Assembly: GCA_964594985.1 (NCBI GenBank)
Contig: CAZQNQ010000010.1
Span: 71,466 to 135,465, forward strand
DNA length: 64,000 bases
From: an uncultured Bifidobacterium sp.
GTDB lineage: Bacteria; Verrucomicrobiota; Verrucomicrobiia; Limisphaerales; JADLHS01
Reading direction: 5' to 3'
In this document: one piece after another, positions 54,875-63,997 of the stretch
How positions within the stretch are numbered: the stretch's first letter is position 1
Layout: each line of letters opens with the position of its first letter
Notes under the pieces: generated by a model
The model's database searches: none
What the model saw: the letters and a program-made list of their open reading frames with translations, nothing else
Told to the model about the DNA's origin: nothing
Program-made: the position numbers and the translations under genes

Positions 54875-57358
54875 ATGAGTGCCAATCACAAATCTCCCCC
54901 AGCGGCCACCCCGGTAAGCGGTTGTCTCACGCGGGCGGTGACGTCGGTCTTGATGGAAGAACCGACGCTGGAGGCGGTGACGATTGATCCCGGACACAAA
55001 AAAATCTCGGTCGCCACGCTCGGCCGCACCGACGAATCCCGCCTGCGCGCCCGCATCAGCGCCAAACTGGCGGAAGCCGAGCGCGCGGACAGTCCGCACG
55101 CGTGCCAGTTGCTCATCACGGGCGGCAGTTGCGCGAACTGCGCCACCCCGTTGAGCGAGCCGGAGCGCAATCAATTCACCATCCGCCACGACCACGGGGC
55201 CATGACCGTCGCGCGCGTGACCTGCCCGACGGCCCCAAAATTCTGGCGGTGGCGCGATCTGCCCTTTCCCAAGATTGTCCAGCGCGACGTCGAGTTTCTC
55301 GAACACGCGGACGAAGATCACGATCATCACCACGCGGACGAATGGAAATTGCAACTCGTGCTCGCAGTCGCTTGTGGCGGGTTGGGTTTGCTCGCGGCGT
55401 ATGCCGTGCCGGCGGCGTGGCGCGTGCCGGTGTTTGTCTTGAGTTATCTCGCGGGCGCATGGTTTCCGGCGGAAGAAGTCTGGGAACGGTTACGCCAGCG
55501 GGCGATTGATGTCCACTTCCTGATGCTCGCCGTCGCGGCGGGCAGCGCGAGCATCGGCGCGTGGGGTGAAGGCGCGACGTTGCTATTTCTCTTCTCGCTG
55601 TCCGGTGCGCTGGAACATTACGCGTTGGGGCGAACGCAAAAGGAAATCCGCTCGCTGTTCCGCGAAGCGCCGAAGACCGCGACGGTACTTGAAGCGAATG
55701 GCGGCGAGCGCGAGGTCAAAGTGGAATTGCTGAAAACCGGGATGCGGTTGCTGGTGAAGCCCGGCTCGCAATTCCCCGTGGACGCGGAAGTCCTGAAAGG
55801 CGGCACGGCGGCGGATGAATCCAACCTCACCGGCGAAGCGACCCCCGTGGAAAAAGCCGTTGGTGACCCGGTGCTGGCGGGTACAATCAATCTGTGGGGC
55901 GCGGTGGAAGTCGGCGTGCTGCGACCAGCGGCGGAAAGTTCGCTCCAGAAGATCATCAAGCTCATCAAAGACGCGCAGCACCAGAAAGCCCCGTCGCAGC
56001 AGTTCACGGACAAGTTCAGCACGTATTACACGTACGGCGCGTTGGCGTTGTCGGCAGGGATGTTCTTTGTCTGGTGGTTGGGATTTGGGCTGACACCGTT
56101 CACGTCGGAGGGCGAGACCAAGAGCGCGTTTTATCGGACCATGACGCTGCTCGTGGTGGCGTCGCCGTGCGCGCTGGTGTTGTCCATTCCGTCGGCGGTG
56201 CTGGCGGCGATTGCGTGGGGCGCGCGACATGGCGTGTTGATCCGCGGCGGCGCGGCGGTGGAAAAGCTGGCGGACGTGAACATCGTGGCGCTCGACAAGA
56301 CCGGCACGTTGACCACGGGCGAATTACGCGTGGAAAAGGTGGAGAGCTTTCCGCCGGGCCGCGAAACCGAGGTCGCCCAACTGGCCTACTCGCTCGACCG
56401 GCTTTCGACGCATCCGCTCGCGCGGGCCGTCACGCGCCACGGCAAGCAGCAAGGGTTGACGCCGCTGGAATTTGAACACTTTGAATCCGTGACCGGCCAA
56501 GGCGTGAAAGGGCGTTGCGCGCAAGGCGAGTGTTTGGTTGGCAGGCGCGAGTGGGTTTTGGAGTCAGTGAAAACACTCGCCCTCACCCCGGCCCGCTCCC
56601 CCAGGGAGAGGGAGAACGTAAAGAATGCGCTCGTAAATCCGGCGGCTGCGGAATCCTTTCAACGCGGGAACAATGAACTCCCTCTCCTGGGGGAGAGGGC
56701 CGGGGTGAGGGCGGACTCTCTTTCCGAAGGCAAAACAACCGCCTCTGGCACTTCCGAAGTCTGGCTGAACAACGATGATTTGCTGGGCCGCATCGTGCTG
56801 CGCGACGATATCCGGCCCCAGGCCCAGGGCGTGGTGGACGAACTCAAGCGGAGCGGCCTGCGCACGGTGGTATTGACCGGGGATCGCCGCGCGGCGGGCG
56901 AACATCTCAAAACCGAATTGCATCTCGACGAGGTTCGCGCCGAGTTGAAGCCGGAAGAGAAAGTCGCGGCGATCGTGGCGTTGAGCGATGGCCACAATCG
57001 CGTGGCGATGATCGGCGACGGCGTGAACGACGCGCCGAGTCTGGCGGCAGCGCACGTCGGCGTGGCAATGGGCGCGCGGGGTTCGGATGCGGCCCTGGAA
57101 CAGGCGGACGTCGTGTTGATGCACGACCGGCTGGAGAATTTTCTGGCGGCGTTTCGCTTGAGTCAGCGGGCGCGACGCATCATCCGGCAGAATTTGTTCG
57201 TGTCGCTCGGCACGGTGGCGGTGCTGGTGGTCTTCGCGCTCATCGGGAAGATTCCATTGCCCGTGGGCGTGGTCGGCCACGAAGGCAGCACGGTGATTGT
57301 GGTGATGAACAGTCTGCGGCTGCTCTTCGGCGAAGCGAACCCGAAGGCCAGGAGCTAG
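54875..57358 (+). CDS. Heavy-metal P1B-type ATPase, P1B-4-like (SPC / HEGST signatures), carrying an in-frame repeat insertion
   Basis: DKTGTLT, GDGVNDAP, TM motif VVASPCALVLSIP and terminal VGHEGSTVIV. No classical GMTCxxC HMA domain. Residues ~569-613 are encoded by a family B repeat. Confidence 0.88.
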   Translation: MSANHKSPPAATPVSGCLTRAVTSVLMEEPTLEAVTIDPGHKKISVATLGRTDESRLRARISAKLAEAERADSPHACQLLITGGSCANCATPLSEPERNQFTIRHDHGAMTVARVTCPTAPKFWRWRDLPFPKIVQRDVEFLEHADEDHDHHHADEWKLQLVLAVACGGLGLLAAYAVPAAWRVPVFVLSYLAGAWFPAEEVWERLRQRAIDVHFLMLAVAAGSASIGAWGEGATLLFLFSLSGALEHYALGRTQKEIRSLFREAPKTATVLEANGGEREVKVELLKTGMRLLVKPGSQFPVDAEVLKGGTAADESNLTGEATPVEKAVGDPVLAGTINLWGAVEVGVLRPAAESSLQKIIKLIKDAQHQKAPSQQFTDKFSTYYTYGALALSAGMFFVWWLGFGLTPFTSEGETKSAFYRTMTLLVVASPCALVLSIPSAVLAAIAWGARHGVLIRGGAAVEKLADVNIVALDKTGTLTTGELRVEKVESFPPGRETEVAQLAYSLDRLSTHPLARAVTRHGKQQGLTPLEFEHFESVTGQGVKGRCAQGECLVGRREWVLESVKTLALTPARSPRERENVKNALVNPAAAESFQRGNNELPLLGERAGVRADSLSEGKTTASGTSEVWLNNDDLLGRIVLRDDIRPQAQGVVDELKRSGLRTVVLTGDRRAAGEHLKTELHLDEVRAELKPEEKVAAIVALSDGHNRVAMIGDGVNDAPSLAAAHVGVAMGARGSDAALEQADVVLMHDRLENFLAAFRLSQRARRIIRQNLFVSLGTVAVLVVFALIGKIPLPVGVVGHEGSTVIVVMNSLRLLFGEANPKARS
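56579..56712. repeat. Family B MITE-like palindromic element embedded in frame in the ATPase CDS
   Basis: GCCCTCACCCCGGCCCGCTCCCCCAGGGAGAGGG...ACGCGGGAACAATGAACTCCCTCTCCTGGGGGAGAGGGCCGGGGTGAGGGC is collinear with the intergenic copy at 20430-20581. Confidence 0.85.
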
Positions 57359-57438
57359 CGCGCTTCGCTAGAGCGTACGGCAAGAAGAATGTCGGGAATA
57401 ATGCGCTGACGAAACACCCCTCCCCATGAACCCTTGGG

Positions 57439-57533
57439 AACATCCAACATCCAACCTCGAACCCTCAACACCCAAGGCCTGACCAAGCGACGCTCCTTGG
57501 AGGTTCAAGGTTGGGGGTTGGATGTTCGATGTT
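57439..57533. repeat. Periodic-arm hairpin (ACATCCAAC units), second copy
   Basis: AACATCCAACATCCAACCTCGAACCCTCAACACCCAAGG faces CCTTGGAGGTTCAAGGTTGGGGGTTGGATGTTCGATGTT. Confidence 0.8.
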
Positions 57534-57574
57534 TTCCGGCGGTTCAGGGGGTCAAAGCGTGAAATCCCATTGGG

Positions 57575-57663
57575 GAGAATTCTCTCCCCATCCGATGGGG
57601 AGAGGGGGGCCGAAGGCCGGGTGAGGGGAATTCGGTTCCGCCAAACATTTTGCGAACTGTTCT
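57575..57663. repeat. Family C repeat, partial, inverted orientation
   Basis: ...TCTCCCCATCCGATGGGGAGAGG...GGGTGAGGGGAATTCGGTTCCGCCAAACATTTTGCGAACTGTTCT is the reverse complement of the 5' half of 49818-49966. Confidence 0.8.
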
Positions 57664-57751
57664 AAAATTCTCCCCGCAGCGACCGGACTTCGGGTGGAAG
57701 TTCCCGCCCTTTGCAAAGTTCCAGAGAGAGAGCATCCCTCCAAGCTTTGCA

Positions 57752-58015
57752 TCATTCGTTCAATCCCCAATACCGCGGGGTCAGCGGACGGTCCATGATT
57801 TCGGCCAGGACTTCGGTCATGGCCTCGGCCCGCTGGTGCATCGCGCGCTCGAGGGGCAACTCCTTCGCGGGTGGATATTCCCCGGCGGTTTTCAGGACTG
57901 AGTTTTCCGTCGCGAGGAGCGAAACCGCAATCTGGCTCGATCCGCCCGCCGGGACGCTGGTTTGATCTGGCAGGACGTTCATATAAAACCTTTGCACGTC
58001 CGGGCCGATCCGCAT
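57752..58015 (-). CDS. Hypothetical small protein
   Basis: 87-aa ORF downstream of and co-directional with the AraC gene. GC-rich third positions. No family recognised. Confidence 0.4.
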   Translation of the reverse strand: MRIGPDVQRFYMNVLPDQTSVPAGGSSQIAVSLLATENSVLKTAGEYPPAKELPLERAMHQRAEAMTEVLAEIMDRPLTPRYWGLNE

Positions 58016-58102
58016 TTTATTTTTGCGGAAAAAACGGCGCGAAAATTGGCCGGGTAATCAGTCGCAGCACTGATGGAAAGCCGGGCTGACGGAGGAGTGC
58101 CG

Positions 58103-59122
58103 CTAGGCGGAGGGTAATTTTTCGCGGTACCGGGTGGGCGATTCGCCGGCAATGCGGCGGAAGACCCGGTTGAAGTGGCTCAACGACTGGAAGCCTGCCG
58201 CAAAGGCGACCTCGCTGATGCGCAGGTTCGGATTCAGCAGGAGGTTCTTCGCCTTCTCGACCCGGACGCGGGAGAGATAATCCGTGAAGTTCAGGCCGGT
58301 GGCCTTCTTGAACATCTTGCAGAAATAAAACGTGCTCGTGCTCACGGCCTTCGCCACGTCGCTCAGGGAAATCTCCTCGGCCTGATGGGTCGCGATGAAT
58401 TCCTTGGCCTTGGTGATGGCGGGCGGCTCGGAGTTGGCGCGGCGGACGAGCAGTTGATTGCTCACCAGCGCGAGGTGTTGCGCGAAGATGGTGAGCAGGT
58501 GCAGGACCGACTCGTATTGCTTCGGATTGATGACGCGCGTCTGGAAATAGGCTTCTTCGAGTTTGCGCAGGTCGGTCTTCCAGCCCCAATCCGTCAGTTG
58601 TTGCGAGAGTCTGGAGAACTGGGCCTTGGTGGGTTTCTGCGTGAAGACCTGACCGGTCTGGAGGAAGCCGAGGAGTTCGTCGCCGATGGAGACGGGCACG
58701 CCGGTGTCGCACAGACCCGCAAAACATTTCACCGTGCGCGGACCGATGCCGATCTGGTCGGCGATCTTCTGCTGGGTTTCGAGGCAGGCGGCACAGGCGC
58801 GATTTTGTTCGGCCATGATGAGGCAGAACGGGTTTTCCGATTTCTTCCCGCCGTGCGCGCGCTGGAACGATTCGACCGGGCGCAGGCTGAGTGGCAGGCC
58901 GGTGGTCTTGGTGAAGGCGCGTTCGTAGTCCTGGTAGATCTGCGATTGCGATAGGGCCTCGATGAACTTTTTGTTGTCGCCTCGTTCCACAACGTCAACG
59001 TAGCGAGTGCATCGCCGGGGGACAAGTGGCAAAAGGTCTGGCGGCAAAAGAGGGTGATGATTCGGCAACTGAGGCGGAGCAGTGGCCGAAGTCCCGGCGT
59101 AGTCTGCGAGTGAATAGCACAA
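58103..59122 (-). CDS. PocR sensory domain / AraC-family transcriptional regulator
   Basis: PocR-like [15 protein letters not shown]...FCLIM...CAACLE...[14 protein letters not shown]-terminal Ara[36 protein letters not shown]. The true start is probably the GTG at 58990, because 59122 would leave only 5 nt to the divergent USP gene. Confidence 0.8.
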   Translation of the reverse strand: MCYSLADYAGTSATAPPQLPNHHPLLPPDLLPLVPRRCTRYVDVVERGDNKKFIEALSQSQIYQDYERAFTKTTGLPLSLRPVESFQRAHGGKKSENPFCLIMAEQNRACAACLETQQKIADQIGIGPRTVKCFAGLCDTGVPVSIGDELLGFLQTGQVFTQKPTKAQFSRLSQQLTDWGWKTDLRKLEEAYFQTRVINPKQYESVLHLLTIFAQHLALVSNQLLVRRANSEPPAITKAKEFIATHQAEEISLSDVAKAVSTSTFYFCKMFKKATGLNFTDYLSRVRVEKAKNLLLNPNLRISEVAFAAGFQSLSHFNRVFRRIAGESPTRYREKLPSA

Positions 59123-59127
59123 GCTCC

Positions 59128-59640
59128 ATGAAACAAGCGGCGGTCAAAAAAACCAGAGTCGAGGCAGGCCCGGCGGCGCAGCCAAAGTTCCAGCGCATCC
59201 TGGTGGCGGTGGATTTTTCCGAGGAAAGCCGGAGCGCCCTCGCCTGCGCGGCGGAACTGGCGGCGCAGTTCGACGCCTCGCTGACGCTGGTGCATGTGGT
59301 CGAACCGCATTTTGGTCCGCCGGATACCGATGTGCCGGCGCTGACGGGCGAGGTGTCGGATGCCGAGGAATATGCCGAGGCCAAACTGGAGTTGAACGCG
59401 CTCGGGGAACAGATGCTCGGCCCGTGCCGGGTGGTGGAAACCGTGGTGCGGGCCGGGTTGGCCTTCTTCGAGATCACCGAGGCGGCCAAGGCCCTGGGGG
59501 CGGATTTGATCGTCGTGGGCACCCACGGTTACACCGGCTTGAAACGCGCCCTGCTCGGCAGCACGGCGGAAAAGGTCGTGCGCCATTCGCCGTGTCCGGT
59601 GCTGGTGGCCCGCGCCAGCTACGGCGAAATCATGATATGA
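59128..59640 (+). CDS. Universal stress protein (UspA family)
   Basis: [11 protein letters not shown] and [30 protein letters not shown]. Confidence 0.85.
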   Translation: MKQAAVKKTRVEAGPAAQPKFQRILVAVDFSEESRSALACAAELAAQFDASLTLVHVVEPHFGPPDTDVPALTGEVSDAEEYAEAKLELNALGEQMLGPCRVVETVVRAGLAFFEITEAAKALGADLIVVGTHGYTGLKRALLGSTAEKVVRHSPCPVLVARASYGEIMI

Positions 59641-60140
59641 ACTTCACCACGCACATCCCGGGATCGCAGGACGGCAACGGGAGGGCGAAGGGCGTGATGG
59701 AAGGCGACTGGCGTTCGCATCCGTTCGTGCGCGGCATGAGTGCCGACATCCTGGCCGCCCTGACCGCCTGCGCCATGCCGACGGTCTTCGACGCCAACCA
59801 CCTCATCTTTCGCGAAGGCGAAATCGCCAACCGTTTTTATCTCCTGCTCGAAGGTCACGTGCAACTCGAAGCCGAAGCCATTGATCGCCCGGGTGTGCCG
59901 GTGGATCAACTCAGCGCGGGTGATGTGCTCGGCTGGTCGTGGTTGTTCCCGCCCTACACCTGGAACTTCACCGCCCGCACCCTCGAGCCGGTCAAGGCGG
60001 TCTTCTTCTACGGTACCTGGCTGCGCGAACGCAGCGAAACCGATCTCGCGCTCGGGTACGAATTGATGCGGCGCACGGCGATGGTGTTGATGCGGCGGCT
60101 GCAGGCGACGCGCCAGCAGTTGGTGCAAGCCACGTCCTGA
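59637..60140 (+). CDS. Stand-alone cyclic-nucleotide-binding domain protein
   Basis: The ATG overlaps the USP stop. [21 protein letters not shown]...GDVLGWSWL. No C-terminal HTH. Confidence 0.75.
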   Translation: MNFTTHIPGSQDGNGRAKGVMEGDWRSHPFVRGMSADILAALTACAMPTVFDANHLIFREGEIANRFYLLLEGHVQLEAEAIDRPGVPVDQLSAGDVLGWSWLFPPYTWNFTARTLEPVKAVFFYGTWLRERSETDLALGYELMRRTAMVLMRRLQATRQQLVQATS

Positions 60141-60164
60141 GAGCCGGTTTGAAAACTCGAAACT

Positions 60165-60238
60165 GGCGGCAAGGATGCCGCCAGAACTCGCAGGCTGGGA
60201 AGCCTGCGTTACGCCGTAGCGCGGGCATCCTTGCCTGC
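60165..60238. repeat. Compound hairpin between convergent genes (GGCGGCAAGGATGCCGCC ... GCGGGCATCCTTGCCTGC, inner GCAGGCTGGGAAGCCTGC)
   Basis: Outer and inner inverted repeats seen directly. Likely a bidirectional terminator or REP-like element. Confidence 0.65.
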
Positions 60239-60284
60239 GGGTTCACGGAGCTTCCCACCGGTCTTTTCAATCAGGCTCTGAGGC

Positions 60285-60485
60285 TCAATCCTCATTTCCC
60301 GGCCAGTCGGTCGAGGACTGCTGAGACTCTTGCAGGAACAGCTCCAGACACTGCGGGCGACAAAATATCACCTGCCGGGAATCCAGCCGCAGCCGGGCGA
60401 ACCATTGTCCGTAGGCAATTTCCTTCCCGCAGAAAAAACAGGTCACAACCTCCCCGGCGGCGGCCGACGCGCTGGTCGCACTCAT
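60285..60485 (-). CDS. Small TRASH/zinc-ribbon-like protein
   Basis: 66 aa with C-x2-C-x22-C-x3-C (CFFCGKE...IFCRPQC). 4-nt overlap with the upstream cytochrome gene. Confidence 0.6.
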   Translation of the reverse strand: MSATSASAAAGEVVTCFFCGKEIAYGQWFARLRLDSRQVIFCRPQCLELFLQESQQSSTDWPGNED

Positions 60486-62233
60486 AAATCCTGACGATAA
60501 TCAGAAGGAGCGTCTGGTTTGGCGGCCGCTTCGGGGGCCGGCGCTGGTTTCTCCAACGCGCGCTCTTCCTCCTGCCAATGCTCCGAAACCTTGCCGTCCC
60601 AGCACGCGAGATTCAGCGGATACACGTCCGGATCGAACATCACGTGATAGAAATGCCAGACGATGATGGCGAGACACGCGAGGATCGCTTCGTAGTAATG
60701 GATCGTCAGCGCGACATCCACCACCCAGCGCGGCAGCCACTGCGTCACTTCCATCTTGAACCACACGGCCAAGCCGGTGACGCCCATGATGATCGTGCCC
60801 CAGATCACCGCCCAATACTCCATCTTCTCCGCGTAACCGAAGCGTCCGTTCTGCGGCTTCTCCTTCCGCAACCCAACCAGCCAGCGCACCGTGCCGACGA
60901 TGTCCGCCAGATCCTTTTTCACGGGCAGGAAATCAATCACCAGCTTGCGTCCGTCCTTCGAGACGACGAGATAGATCAGGTGATACAACCCGACCAGCAA
61001 CAGCACCACGCCCGCGACACGATGCGACCAGCGGCGGAACGGCTCGCTCGAACCCATGATTTTCGCCAGCCAGGAATCCGGCCACTTGAGCGCAAAGCCC
61101 GTGACGGCCAGCGCAATGAAGCTCAATGCCAGCACGGCGTGTTGCCAGCGTTGCGCCAGATTCATGCGCTGGACCGGACGACCCGACGAACGCAGGTGCG
61201 CCTTCACCTTCTTCACCAGCAGCAGAAAGTTGTGCATGAACATGCCGCTGATGGTGCCGATGATGAGCAGCAGATAAATCTTCCGCACCCACCAGTTCAC
61301 CTGGCTGCCGACGTCGTCGTCGCGCCGCAATTCGCCCGTCAGGTTGACGTGCATTTTGCTCAGGGCAAATTGCTCGGTCGCGCCCGGGTGACATTGGCCG
61401 CACGTCGCCACCAGGTTGTTCTTGTGAACGGTTGAAGCGGGATCAGCCGACGGCAGCACCTTGTGATAACCGTGGCAGCTTGCGCAGTTGGCCGCCAGCG
61501 TTGAACCATACGAACTCGCCAGCCCGTGATAGCTGTCGAAGAACGTCTGCACGCGGTCGGCGGGGAGATTATATTTCGTATTCAACCGTTCCGAACCGTG
61601 ACAACGGCTGCACACGTCGGCGGATAATTTGCGCGCCGCGCCGACGCTGAGCGATTTGATCTGATGCTCCAGATGACAGTCAATGCAGGTGGGCGCGGCG
61701 CGAACGCCGCGGGCCAGCGCCCGACCATGCACACTCGCCGCGTAATCGGCGGTGGCCTGTTCGTGACACGCGCCGCAGGTCTCCGCCTGCCGCGTGATGT
61801 GCAACGGCGAAGCCGGCGATGTCGGCGGCAGGATCAGATGCGAGTCATGGCAATCCTGACAGTTGGGCGCGCTGCCGTCACCGGCTTTCACCGCGCGACC
61901 ATGAACACTCGCCTCGTAAGTCCCCATCTGCCGGACGTGACATTGCCGGCAATCCACCCGCCGGGCCGCGATGTTGTCGTCAGGATGCTGGTCGGTCAGG
62001 TCCGCGTGGCAACTGGCGCAGGTGTTGGTGCTGTGCGCCGACGCCTTGAGTTTGGCGGCGTCCACAAACAGTCGGATCTCTTTCCCGGCGGCGTTGGTTT
62101 TGGTGAGCGTGTTGTCCGCGTGACATTCGAGGCAGTCGGCATCCTTGATCGCCGCAAAAGTAGAGAGTGTCAGAGCGCAGCCTGCCCACACCCCAACAAT
62201 CCATGGCAACGCTGCGTTTCCTCTGACACTCAT
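60482..62233 (-). CDS. Fusion of a nine-heme c-type cytochrome domain with a membrane b-type cytochrome (HydC/FdnI/PhsC-like) domain
   Basis: Nine CxxCH motifs (CLECH, CASCH, CRQCH, CQDCH, CGACH, CIDCH, CSRCH, CASCH, CGQCH) in the first ~290 aa. Then 4-5 TM helices with conserved His (RWQHAVLALSF..., HRVAGVVLLL..., WGTIIMG..., HYYEAILA...). Confidence 0.85.
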   Translation of the reverse strand: MSVRGNAALPWIVGVWAGCALTLSTFAAIKDADCLECHADNTLTKTNAAGKEIRLFVDAAKLKASAHSTNTCASCHADLTDQHPDDNIAARRVDCRQCHVRQMGTYEASVHGRAVKAGDGSAPNCQDCHDSHLILPPTSPASPLHITRQAETCGACHEQATADYAASVHGRALARGVRAAPTCIDCHLEHQIKSLSVGAARKLSADVCSRCHGSERLNTKYNLPADRVQTFFDSYHGLASSYGSTLAANCASCHGYHKVLPSADPASTVHKNNLVATCGQCHPGATEQFALSKMHVNLTGELRRDDDVGSQVNWWVRKIYLLLIIGTISGMFMHNFLLLVKKVKAHLRSSGRPVQRMNLAQRWQHAVLALSFIALAVTGFALKWPDSWLAKIMGSSEPFRRWSHRVAGVVLLLVGLYHLIYLVVSKDGRKLVIDFLPVKKDLADIVGTVRWLVGLRKEKPQNGRFGYAEKMEYWAVIWGTIIMGVTGLAVWFKMEVTQWLPRWVVDVALTIHYYEAILACLAIIVWHFYHVMFDPDVYPLNLACWDGKVSEHWQEEERALEKPAPAPEAAAKPDAPSDYRQDL

Positions 62234-62360
62234 ACGCCCTCACCGTCGCAGGCCGGAACAGAAACGGCTCCGCGCGCGTTGGCGATTTGCGCCCGGATTT
62301 TGGCGGTGCTGCTCCGCATCAGATCGGAAGCAGGCGACCGGCGGCCGGATGAGGTGTTTT

Positions 62361-62508
62361 AGAACAGTTCGCAAAATGTCTGGCGGAACCGAATTCCCCG
62401 CACCCGGCCGGCGGCCACCCTCTCCCCATCGGATGGGGAGAGGGCCGGGGTGAGGGGCGTTTTGCCAGCCCATCGTTTCCGACCTTCTTTTTGCAGTACG
62501 CTCCAACC
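62361..62508. repeat. Family C repeat, copy between the two cytochrome genes
   Basis: Nearly identical to 49818-49966. A further imperfect periodic-arm hairpin follows at about 62510-62677. Confidence 0.85.
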
Positions 62509-62722
62509 GCCGATGAACGCAAATGGAAAACCGCGAACCGCGCCAAAAACGCGAACGGAATTGCCCTCCATGCTTCATCCTTCTCAATTCCGATCATCCT
62601 CCGGGATTGGCGGTTCAAAACTCTTTGCGTTCTTTTGTGGCAAATGAATCCGGGTTCATCGGTGTTGATCCGTGGTCAAAGGTTTTCCCCGGCAACGGGC
62701 CGATGCGGAGATCGGCACTCCG

Positions 62723-63997
62723 TCACCACGCGCCGCCGGTGTGACAATCATTGCACGCGCCATCCACCGGATCGCCGGGATGCTGGAACTCCTGGCCGCG
62801 CGGCGAAATCTGATGCAACTCATCGCCCGCACCTTGTGACAGGATCGTGTGACACGATTGGCAGCCGCTGGCGGGAATTTTCTTTTTCGTCTCCGCCACG
62901 AGATGTCGGTCGTCGTGACAACGGAAGCAGCCCGGCCAGTCCTTGTGCCCGATGTTCTCGGGATACGCGCGCCAGTCGGCCTTCATCTCCGGGAAGAAGT
63001 TCTGGCGATAAATGGTCTGCACCTCGGTGATGAGCTTGTCCACCTCGGGTGCTTCGGGATACGTCATCCAGAGCGCGACTTCGATTTTGTCGAGCGCTTC
63101 TGTTTCCGTCTCATACTTCTGCGCGAGCAAGGCGACCACGTTGGATTTCACCCAAGGCAGTTGCAGATTAATCTTGCCGGCGCTGAGGGCGAAATTGACG
63201 GCGTCGTTCGGCGAACGAAAGCGATGCGACGGGCGGTTGTGGCAATCCATGCAATCCATCAGGCGGATTTCGTAACCACTGATGTCGTTGGTGAACTTGG
63301 GCACGCGATACTCCGTGACGACGCCCTTGGCATCCGTGACGCGCACCCACGGGATGACCTGCCGGCGATCATCGGTGGCGATGTATTCGATCTTGTTGTC
63401 CTGATTGACGTGCCAATGGATGCCGCCGACCGGGCCGTGCGTCGGGTCCGCGCCGCCCACATTGAGCGAGAGCCGCACGGCGTACGGCGTGTTGGTTTCG
63501 TCCGCGAGAAAAGATTGATACGTGCGGTCAATATTACCTGAAAACTTCTGCGGCCAGTGACACTGCTCGCAGGTTTCACGGGCGGGACGGAGATTGTGGA
63601 TCGGCGTCTTGATCGGGCGGTTGTAATCACCGGTCATCACCCCGACGAGCTGGTGGACGCCATTCATCTTGGCTTTCACAAAGGCTTCCACGCCATGGCC
63701 GACGTGACATTCCACGCAGGCGACCCGCGCGTGCGGCGAAAACTGATACGCGGTGAACTCCGGTTTCATCGGCCCGTGACAGGCCTGGCCGCAGAATTGC
63801 ACCGACTCGCTGACGTGATAGGTCTGGTAGCTGCCGATGGCGGTGCAGAGCAGAAAGATCACGCTGCCGACCACGAACCACCGGAGTTTCTTGCGGTCGG
63901 CGGGACGCGACAAGTCCACCGAGAGCAATCCCGGGCCATCCGCAACGCCGGAGCGTCGCTCGCTCCGGCGTTGCCACCATGCTCCCAACCCAACCAT
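62723..63997 (-). CDS. Membrane-anchored multiheme c-type cytochrome, NapC/NirT-like (7 heme motifs)
   Basis: N-terminal TM WFVVGSVIFLLCTAIG. Six CxxCH motifs (CVECH, CEQCH, CMDCH, CFRCH, CQSCH, CNDCH) plus one CGQACH (CX3CH). The start is 3 nt from the window edge and could lie further upstream. Confidence 0.8.
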   Translation of the reverse strand: MVGLGAWWQRRSERRSGVADGPGLLSVDLSRPADRKKLRWFVVGSVIFLLCTAIGSYQTYHVSESVQFCGQACHGPMKPEFTAYQFSPHARVACVECHVGHGVEAFVKAKMNGVHQLVGVMTGDYNRPIKTPIHNLRPARETCEQCHWPQKFSGNIDRTYQSFLADETNTPYAVRLSLNVGGADPTHGPVGGIHWHVNQDNKIEYIATDDRRQVIPWVRVTDAKGVVTEYRVPKFTNDISGYEIRLMDCMDCHNRPSHRFRSPNDAVNFALSAGKINLQLPWVKSNVVALLAQKYETETEALDKIEVALWMTYPEAPEVDKLITEVQTIYRQNFFPEMKADWRAYPENIGHKDWPGCFRCHDDRHLVAETKKKIPASGCQSCHTILSQGAGDELHQISPRGQEFQHPGDPVDGACNDCHTGGAW

